From the sequence record SRR20825019_415: a DNA stretch of 45,540 nucleotides; one strand, written 5' to 3'. The notes below the pieces were generated by a model. The model was given only the letters and a program-made list of their open reading frames with translations. It was not told where the DNA came from and did no database searches. Below are positions 1 through 6,218 of this stretch, one piece after another; position 1 is the stretch's first letter; each line of letters opens with the position of its first letter. Both the position numbers and the translations under genes were made by a program.

Positions 1-30
1 ACGCTTGCCCGTATCGACAGGGCGCTTGCG
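1..30. repeat. Terminal direct repeat (circular assembly overlap), copy 1
   Basis: acgcttgcccgtatcgacagggcgcttgcg is identical to 45511-45540. Confidence 0.97.
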
Positions 31-180
31 ATTCTCGCGCGCATCATGCGCGATCAGGGCGACCTGTTTGAAGACGGGCAACTGATGGCGCTGGCCAAGA
101 AGCTTTATGACGAACGCAACCGCATCAGCCAACCCGCCGCACTGGAAAACCTGATGTCCGATCTGATGAAATCGGCATAA
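1..180 (+). CDS. 3' part of a junction-spanning small protein (72-78 aa; starts at GTG 45454 or ATG 45472), convergent on int
   Basis: Reading across the junction gives VTIAITMKGARRIDTGDTITLARIDRALAILARIMRDQGDLFEDGQLMALAKKLYDERNRISQPAALENLMSDLMKSA*, TAA at 178-180; GTG lies 1 nt after the upstream TAA. Confidence 0.75.
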   Translation, partial: TLARIDRALAILARIMRDQGDLFEDGQLMALAKKLYDERNRISQPAALENLMSDLMKSA

Positions 181-1480
181 GCGATATCTTCAAAAGCCAG
201 TCGCGCTTTTGCGCCAGTGACGGCCCTGCCCCGTATTTCTCACGATGGAATTTATGCCCCATCAGGGCCGCGGCGATCTTGTCCGGCGCTTCGACCGCCG
301 TTAACCGATCCTCGAAGCAATGCCGCAGCGAATACAGGCTTTGCCTGCCATGCTCGAACGCATGATGATCGCGCATGAACTTGTTCACCGCATTGGAAAA
401 CCCGGTATTGTTGCCAAGATACCGCACGATCCCGCCCGCATTGATCAATGCCGCCGCCGCGGGCAACGCCCCGCCAACCAGCGGTATCTGCCGTTCTGAT
501 GGTTCGTTCTTAAGCTGCCGGATCCGGTTCGGGCTGATCTGGATATAGGGCACCTTGCCATCAAGCCGGATATCATCGGGCAGCAATCCGCATATCTCGC
601 TGGGCCGTGCCCCGGTTTCGGCCAGTATCGCGGTAATCAGGCGGGCTTCATCATTCATCCCGGCCATGATCGCAAGCGGCGATAACACCACGTCATAGGC
701 CCATTGCGCCGATACGGTTGCGCCGCGCTTTTTGCCGCCCGCCTTTTTGGTGGCAAAGGAAATATTGACGAACGGATTCGCACGCCCGCCCAGATAGGCA
801 TCGCCAATCGTGCGGAACATGGCGCGCAGGCTGTTGAATTCCTTGTTGGCCGATTTGGGCGAAAGCCCTTCCTCGGTCATGCGCCGCGACCATCTGGCGC
901 GAAACGCCAGCGCGTCGGCCCGCTCGATCTCCGACACCACCTTGTCGCCGATTTCATCGATGAGGCTGGCGACGGATCGCCTGTACGGACCAAGGGCGAC
1001 CTTGATCTGCCGGTCGGACTTGCCAACCCGCTGATCGCGCGTCAGGCTTTCATATTCGGCAAACAGCCCCGACAGGCGCAATTGCGGCTCGGGGGCAGCG
1101 CCCAGAACGGCCGTCGTGATCCGCCGGTCATCGACCCCGTCAAGGGCTTCAAGGCGTTCGATCACCTCGCCCGCCGTCGCGTTCACTGCCAGGTCATCGG
1201 CGGTGCGATATCGCCAGCCCAGCCGCCCGGCCAGCGCACGGGCATTGGCATAACGTTCGGCAATCAGGGTCGCCTTGCCGGTCGCGCGCAGGTCATCCCA
1301 ATAGGCCATGACCCGGTCATTGACCGCGCCGACACGGTCACACGCCATGTCATAACTATCGGTCTTAAGCGATATCTTGACCTCTCGCCCCAGCACATCC
1401 TCAAGATCCGATGGTACGCGGCGACGATAGGAATATTTCACCCCGCGCCGGGTGATATATCTGCGCGCATTCTCGCCCAT
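125..1480 (-). CDS. int: Tyrosine recombinase/integrase with DUF6538-like N-terminus
   Basis: TGARPSEI (R), LKN (K), YSLRH, MGH, KYG catalytic motifs; N-terminal YSYRRRVPSDL...ISLKT; start taken at ATG 1480 because the upstream in-frame extension covers the attP arm repeats. Confidence 0.93.
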   Translation of the reverse strand: MGENARRYITRRGVKYSYRRRVPSDLEDVLGREVKISLKTDSYDMACDRVGAVNDRVMAYWDDLRATGKATLIAERYANARALAGRLGWRYRTADDLAVNATAGEVIERLEALDGVDDRRITTAVLGAAPEPQLRLSGLFAEYESLTRDQRVGKSDRQIKVALGPYRRSVASLIDEIGDKVVSEIERADALAFRARWSRRMTEEGLSPKSANKEFNSLRAMFRTIGDAYLGGRANPFVNISFATKKAGGKKRGATVSAQWAYDVVLSPLAIMAGMNDEARLITAILAETGARPSEICGLLPDDIRLDGKVPYIQISPNRIRQLKNEPSERQIPLVGGALPAAAALINAGGIVRYLGNNTGFSNAVNKFMRDHHAFEHGRQSLYSLRHCFEDRLTAVEAPDKIAAALMGHKFHREKYGAGPSLAQKRDWLLKISLMPISSDRTSGFPVRRVG

Positions 1481-1492
1481 GAATCCCGCCCC

Positions 1493-1528
1493 GTGTACCA
1501 AAGTGTGTACCAAAATGTGTACCAAAAC
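1493..1528. repeat. attP arm-type sites: 3 tandem 12-bp repeats GTGTACCAAAA(T)
   Basis: gtgtaccaaagt gtgtaccaaaat gtgtaccaaaac directly upstream of int. Confidence 0.85.
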
Positions 1529-1627
1529 CGAAGGCGCGAGGGTATTCATACCGCGATCATACGTCAAGCGCGACGAATGCCAACCACATAAACCATTGTT
1601 TTTGTTTTGTTATTTGGTGCGGAAGAG

Positions 1628-1652
1628 AAAAAAGCGCCCGTCTTGGGCGCTT
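1628..1652 (-). terminator. Intrinsic terminator after the tRNA 3' fragment
   Basis: Minus strand aagcgccc-aagac-gggcgctt followed by a T run. Confidence 0.8.
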
Positions 1653-1659
1653 GTTTCAC

Positions 1660-1678
1660 TGGCGGACAAGGAGGGATT
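1660..1678 (-). other. attP core: 3' end of a tRNA (Ser-like)
   Basis: Minus strand AATCCCTCCTTGTCCGCCA = T-arm 3' half, acceptor stem, G discriminator, CCA; lies between the two arm-repeat arrays. Confidence 0.8.
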
Positions 1679-1747
1679 GGGACCGATCTTACACTTATCA
1701 TCAAGTGTTTGTTTTTGCTTGTTTATTAAACTTATTGATTTTGCGTT

Positions 1748-1780
1748 GTGTACCAAAATGTGTACCAAAATGTGTACCAG
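1748..1780. repeat. attP arm-type sites, second array
   Basis: gtgtaccaaaat gtgtaccaaaat gtgtaccag, same orientation as 1493-1528; IHF-like AATCAATAAGTTT on the minus strand just before it. Confidence 0.85.
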
Positions 1781-1823
1781 TTTCGGTGCGATGACGACGG
1801 CCTAGAAATCGGGGATGATAATA

Positions 1824-1838
1824 GAACAAAACAGGAAC
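1824..1838 (+). promoter_or_regulatory. Alphaproteobacterial LexA (SOS) box
   Basis: GAAC-AAAACAG-GAAC matches GAAC-N7-GAAC exactly, 17 nt before ATG 1856. Confidence 0.75.
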
Positions 1839-1855
1839 AATCAGGATAAATAAAA

Positions 1856-2209
1856 ATGCCCGATTGGGATGGTTACATCACGCTGCGCGATGCGGCCCGG
1901 CATGATGATCACATGTTCGTCTATTGCGCGAACCATCTATGCGATCATGGCGGGGTTTTACGCCTTGGCCCACTGATCGAACGGCATGGCCCTGATATCG
2001 GACTGGGCGATATCCTGCGCAGGATGCGCTGTCAGGTATGCGGACATCTGGGCGCATACCCGCGCGCAACGACACACAGTGCTGATCACATCGCCAAGCC
2101 ACTTTATTGCCCGCTACAAGGGCGCGGGCACCGGCGGTGCCTGCCCCTGACCGAATGCGTCAAAAGCTGCCGCCTCGGCCCCACACGGGCCGGGCGGCAA
2201 CAGCATTAG
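1856..2209 (+). CDS. Small Cys/His-rich putative zinc-finger protein, probably SOS-regulated
   Basis: CANHLCDH...RCQVCGH plus a second C-terminal Cys cluster; own AT-rich upstream region with LexA box. Confidence 0.75.
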   Translation: MPDWDGYITLRDAARHDDHMFVYCANHLCDHGGVLRLGPLIERHGPDIGLGDILRRMRCQVCGHLGAYPRATTHSADHIAKPLYCPLQGRGHRRCLPLTECVKSCRLGPTRAGRQQH

Positions 2210-2439
2210 GAACGGCATGCCCGCAATTCCGACCGCACCCGGCCATAATCGATCATGGCACGTTCCAACGCCGAACCATCCGGCAGGGCTTCCAGTTCAT
2301 CGGCAAGACGCCCCTGAAATTCCACACTATATTCGATCACCGGCGGACAGACGGCAGAATCAGAATTTGCCGTTGCGCAGCCGGTCAACAACACCGGCAC
2401 GATCAGAAGGGGCAGCAGCAGCCGCTTTGCGTTGTGCAT
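2206..2439 (-). CDS. o-spanin (Rz1-like lipoprotein)
   Basis: Lipobox LLTGC after a hydrophobic stretch; CPP; overlaps the i-spanin 3' end; last gene of the lysis cassette. Confidence 0.8.
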   Translation of the reverse strand: MHNAKRLLLPLLIVPVLLTGCATANSDSAVCPPVIEYSVEFQGRLADELEALPDGSALERAMIDYGRVRSELRACRS

Positions 2440-2599
2440 TGACGTTCTCCAGGTTGCGCGCCATGGTTTCGACCCGTTCGGCCTGCCGCCCCGCCTGCCG
2501 GGCGGAAAACAGCACCAGCAGGACGGCAAGAACCGCCCCGCCGATGATCGCGATGCGCATCCACGCACCCGACAGAAACGCGCCAATAGCCGCGATCAT
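2360..2599 (-). CDS. i-spanin (Rz-like)
   Basis: N-terminal TM segment plus short helical domain, directly after the endolysin. Confidence 0.78.
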   Translation of the reverse strand: MIAAIGAFLSGAWMRIAIIGGAVLAVLLVLFSARQAGRQAERVETMARNLENVNAQRKAAAAAPSDRAGVVDRLRNGKF

Positions 2600-3243
2600 A
2601 CCAGCCCCTTTGCACGGTCATTCAGCCGGGCATAAATAGCCCATCCCGCGCCAATCGCGCCCAAAACGACACACCCCCATTTGATCACGTCAGACAGGTA
2701 TGCGTATTGCTCAAGCGTGGACGAAATGTCTGCCGCTACAGGGCCGACAACCGCCATGACACCAGCTACAGACGCACCCTTGATCGTCCGCGACTGCGAA
2801 AGCGGGCGTTGCTGATCCAGCGCATCCTTGGCACTGACCGGCGCAGGCGTATCGATATCATTAAAGAACAGGTGGCCTGCGGTTTCAAAGCAAGGCACTT
2901 TGCCTTTGGCCCAGAATGTCTTTGAACGCACCGCGCGGGTCAGGTAATGCGTTGCCGTGCTGGTCTGATCTTCAAGCCGTCCCTCGACCGCAAGCTTGGC
3001 AATTGCACAGCATTTGTCAAACCACGCACCGGATGCACTCATGATCCGCGACAGGTTCGGGTCGTTCTGATTCCAGCAGGAAAACTGCCACGCCTGTTTG
3101 CACACCGCAGCCGGGGTTGATGGCCAGTTGCGATACCCAACCCGGTTCATCACAACACAGGCAATCGCCTGTGCATCCGCAACGTCATTTGCCTTGGCCT
3201 CGCCATAAATCGTCCGGGCCAGCGTATCAATCTGCAAATCCAT
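2596..3243 (-). CDS. Endolysin, SleB/Hydrolase_2-type, with C-terminal hydrophobic helices
   Basis: LARTIYGEA, VVMNRV, WQFSCWN, ATHY, GHLFF motifs; C-terminal TM-like segments. Confidence 0.88.
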   Translation of the reverse strand: MDLQIDTLARTIYGEAKANDVADAQAIACVVMNRVGYRNWPSTPAAVCKQAWQFSCWNQNDPNLSRIMSASGAWFDKCCAIAKLAVEGRLEDQTSTATHYLTRAVRSKTFWAKGKVPCFETAGHLFFNDIDTPAPVSAKDALDQQRPLSQSRTIKGASVAGVMAVVGPVAADISSTLEQYAYLSDVIKWGCVVLGAIGAGWAIYARLNDRAKGLV

Positions 3244-3244
3244 A

Positions 3245-3442
3245 TTAACCCCCACTTGCCAACGCAATGATCAGCAGGACCACAAAGACGATGACGCCAG
3301 TCACAGCCCCACCGGCAACCCCGGCAATCGTCAACCAGACACCACCGATCAGAAAGAACGCACCAACCCCGCCAATCACGGCACCGGCAACGGCAAACAC
3401 CCAGATCACCGGATCACGCATAAGATCACGTAGCAGTTTCAT
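3245..3442 (-). CDS. Small 2-TM membrane protein in the lysis cassette
   Basis: 65 aa, almost entirely hydrophobic/Gly; overlaps the holin stop codon. Confidence 0.65.
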   Translation of the reverse strand: MKLLRDLMRDPVIWVFAVAGAVIGGVGAFFLIGGVWLTIAGVAGGAVTGVIVFVVLLIIALASGG

Positions 3443-3771
3443 TTTTCCGTCCCTTTCGGTGCATAGCGCACAAGCAACTTGTCCAGAAGGACCTCGCCAC
3501 CCCGCGGCCCCAGCCATGAACAAACGCCGATGCAGGCGATCTGCTGGCTGCCGACAAGGTCAAGATAACTGGCAAGGCCGACACCGACCGCGCAGCAAAG
3601 AACCGCCATCGGCAATTCCCACAACAGGTCCCACGACCAGAACCGTCGCTGCCCAACCCGCACCAAGCGATGATGCCAAAGCAGCCGCACCATTAGCGAA
3701 AACGCCAGCAACGGCGCATTCAGCTTGAGGATCGCGGCCCAATCGAAATCCGGCGGTATGTTTTCCTGCAC
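3439..3771 (-). CDS. Holin (LydA-like)
   Basis: About 3 TM segments, FWSWDLLWELPMAV motif, upstream of the endolysin. Confidence 0.75.
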   Translation of the reverse strand: MQENIPPDFDWAAILKLNAPLLAFSLMVRLLWHHRLVRVGQRRFWSWDLLWELPMAVLCCAVGVGLASYLDLVGSQQIACIGVCSWLGPRGGEVLLDKLLVRYAPKGTEK

Positions 3772-3812
3772 CTTGTCACCCCCTGATGCATGAAGTCGGC
3801 ACTGATCGTTGC

Positions 3813-4133
3813 TTACGCCGGGCTGCCGATATCACCGCGCGACGCCGGAACAGGGGCGACCGGACGCCATCCCTCGCCGCTTGCCAGAACGCAGGTCGCA
3901 CCCGCCGGATAGGTAAACAGGATTGACCAGCTTTCGCCATCTGGCGAGGCAAGCACTTCCAGAACCCCGCCATTGGCCGTGATCCCCTCGGCCACCGGCA
4001 CCTCGCCATATTGCGCGCCCAGATGCGCTATCACCCGGTCGCGGTCGACGCACACGGGTTGGGCGGCAAAAGTGGGGTGCGATGGCAATAAAAAAAGGAC
4101 CGCGAACATCGCGATCCCGAAATACTTTTTCAT
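3813..4133 (-). CDS. Exported hypothetical protein
   Basis: Signal peptide MKKYFGIAMFAVLFLLPSHPTFA; two Cys; YGE...SW...TCV.ASGEGW pattern. Confidence 0.75.
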   Translation of the reverse strand: MKKYFGIAMFAVLFLLPSHPTFAAQPVCVDRDRVIAHLGAQYGEVPVAEGITANGGVLEVLASPDGESWSILFTYPAGATCVLASGEGWRPVAPVPASRGDIGSPA

Positions 4134-4167
4134 ATCTGAAACTCCGTTACACGGTCAAAATGTGGAC

Positions 4168-4836
4168 TTATTCACATTCGATGTGAACGTAACCACCTTG
4201 CCCCGGATGGCCGTTCTGCCCCCACCAGCCACCTTTGCCGCCGCCGCCGGTATCGCCTTCATTTCCACCACGACCAAACAGGCGCGACGTGCCATCCATT
4301 CCAGCCGGTGCCCCAAGATTGAACTGACCAGCACTGGTGATTTCGGTCGGCCATGTATATGACCCACCCTGATCGCTGGTATTCGTCGCGATGTTGCCAC
4401 CAACGCCGCCCGGCCCCGGCTGCCCGTTGCCGCCATACCCACCCTGCGCTGAACCGGCAATCATCTTGAACCCGTTGGGCCATGTGATTTCAGTATGTGT
4501 CGGCGCGGTGCCACCATTACCACCCGGATATACGCCTGCGGCACCGCCAGTCGGAATAGTCACTTGCAGGTTAATTCCGCCTAGCGCGCCACGCACATCG
4601 AACATTCCCTTGGCACCTGATCCGCCGCCGCCACCCGCCGAATTGGCGTTACCGGCACCACCACCACCACCGGCACCGTTGATCCAGAATTGACAGCGAT
4701 CAGACCCGGCCGGAATGGCATAGGTGGTGTTGGTTCCCGCCCCAAAATCCTTCTGGCTGGCTGCGTGAACCGCGAAAGGCATGACGAAAAGCGCGGCTGC
4801 AAGAGCCACGCTTCGCAAAAAGCACATAACATTCAT
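4168..4836 (-). CDS. Glycine-rich protein with signal peptide
   Basis: Hydrophobic N-terminus ending VHA; GAGGGGGAG and GGGGSGA repeats; C-terminal GQGGYVHIE as in tail-associated Gly-rich domains. Confidence 0.72.
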   Translation of the reverse strand: MNVMCFLRSVALAAALFVMPFAVHAASQKDFGAGTNTTYAIPAGSDRCQFWINGAGGGGGAGNANSAGGGGGSGAKGMFDVRGALGGINLQVTIPTGGAAGVYPGGNGGTAPTHTEITWPNGFKMIAGSAQGGYGGNGQPGPGGVGGNIATNTSDQGGSYTWPTEITSAGQFNLGAPAGMDGTSRLFGRGGNEGDTGGGGKGGWWGQNGHPGQGGYVHIECE

Positions 4837-4850
4837 GATTTTTACCTTGC

Positions 4851-5882
4851 TTATCCGCCACCGAACGGCAGCGTAAACCCAGAAATATCAACCTTCAAAA
4901 ACCGACCAGCGGACGGGGTTGACCACGTGTAGAAAAAGTTTCCTGTATAAGGAATTTGAATTTGTGATGTGTTGAAGTTGCGGTTTCCCGCAGTGTTCTG
5001 ACCGACATACATACGGATGAAGTCATTGGCAGCGATATGTCGCAAAGCCGCATAAGCATCTAGCGTCGTGTCTGTTTGCTGAGCCTCAACATTAGCGGTC
5101 AAACGACGTGCAATCGGCGGAACAAACGCACTGTAATCAATCGCCGTTTCAGTTGTTGCCTGACCAGCAGCTAGTACGTTCTGTTGAGCGTAATAAGATA
5201 CGCTGTTGCCATACTGGAAAAACGGGATGAAGTTGGAGCTTGCATTGTTCCTGACCGCCCCAACCAATGCCGAATAATCGTATCCTGTCGGCTTGTTCGG
5301 AGCTGTAGAACTTGCCGAAAGCAGTAAAGCCCCGGTTCCGTCACTTTGCGCAATTGCGTGGATGTAATAAAAAGTACTTGGGGCTTCCAAACCTGTATCG
5401 AGGCCGTTAACACCGGAAGTTTCAATATCCAGCGTACCTGTCATCGTGGCATAAACAATTGCGCCACCACTGTCCTTAAGCGCGATATCTTCGATGCTAT
5501 AGCCGATCTGATAGTTCGGATTTGCAGTGTTGCTGTTGATGTTGATGCTTTCGGCGATACCGGCAGGCACTTGCGTTGCAATCCCCGATAAACCGGAACC
5601 ATCACCATCGGCCCGCAACAGCCCTCCGGAACCACCTGCCGCGACATCAGAAACGCGCAAAATTGCACTGGCAAGCGGACCATGATCTATCCACGCCGTG
5701 TTCGCCGCATTGCGCTGTTTCAGATGACCTGTATTGGTGTCGTTCCAGATCATATAGGCTTCGGTGACCGATGGTGCCGTTGCGCCTGAATTACCACTCA
5801 GGATCGCCTGCAAGACATCATTGTTATCGACGCGATATGCCGCACCTGAAGCGTTCGCAAGGACATAATCATGCTGCGCCAT
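4851..5882 (-). CDS. Tail fibre / receptor-binding protein
   Basis: MAQHDY...NSGATAPS...IWNDT...LKQRNAANTAW N-terminal fibre module; follows the tail tip gene; C-terminal half is visibly AT-richer. Confidence 0.78.
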   Translation of the reverse strand: MAQHDYVLANASGAAYRVDNNDVLQAILSGNSGATAPSVTEAYMIWNDTNTGHLKQRNAANTAWIDHGPLASAILRVSDVAAGGSGGLLRADGDGSGLSGIATQVPAGIAESININSNTANPNYQIGYSIEDIALKDSGGAIVYATMTGTLDIETSGVNGLDTGLEAPSTFYYIHAIAQSDGTGALLLSASSTAPNKPTGYDYSALVGAVRNNASSNFIPFFQYGNSVSYYAQQNVLAAGQATTETAIDYSAFVPPIARRLTANVEAQQTDTTLDAYAALRHIAANDFIRMYVGQNTAGNRNFNTSQIQIPYTGNFFYTWSTPSAGRFLKVDISGFTLPFGGG

Positions 5883-5885
5883 GGC

Positions 5886-6206
5886 CTATGCCCCCTTTTT
5901 GCGGATTGCCGCAATCCATTTGGCCGTACTGGCCGGCAGCGATATACCCGCTGCATCGGCCAATGATTGCAGTGCATCGGCAATCGCCATATCCGGCTTG
6001 ACCGCCAAGGTGTGGCGCACCGGAACAAACTTGGTTTTGCAATCCGAAAGCCGGTATTGTCCGGGTTTCAGGTCGCAATCGGCAGGCACAATGAACCGGC
6101 CAGTCGCATCCGAAACCTGTTCCTTGCCCTGATACAGACCATCTGAATCAATAATGGCCACCCATTCCGTATCACCGGAACGGGCAGCCGCTTTACGCTT
6201 TGCCAT
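5886..6206 (-). CDS. Hypothetical tail-region protein
   Basis: 106 aa, tightly packed between the tail tip and fibre genes. Confidence 0.65.
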   Translation of the reverse strand: MAKRKAAARSGDTEWVAIIDSDGLYQGKEQVSDATGRFIVPADCDLKPGQYRLSDCKTKFVPVRHTLAVKPDMAIADALQSLADAAGISLPASTAKWIAAIRKKGA

Positions 6207-6218
6207 TTATGGATATCC

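Noticed and set aside
1-30. Biological terminal repeat (T7-like DTR)
   Set aside because: Falls inside an ORF and the packaging genes are HK97/cos-like; most likely an assembly overlap
704-1591. Long antisense ORFs (for example 704..1591, 10915..11859, 20292..21245, 22542..23507, 40151..41104)
   Set aside because: Shadow frames of well-supported genes in GC-rich DNA, with no recognisable motifs
1615-1678. Complete tRNA gene
   Set aside because: Only 3' fragments are present; no D arm or anticodon arm upstream
1493-1780. GTGTACCAAAAT repeats as a CRISPR array
   Set aside because: 12-bp tandem units without spacers and no cas genes; position fits integrase arm sites
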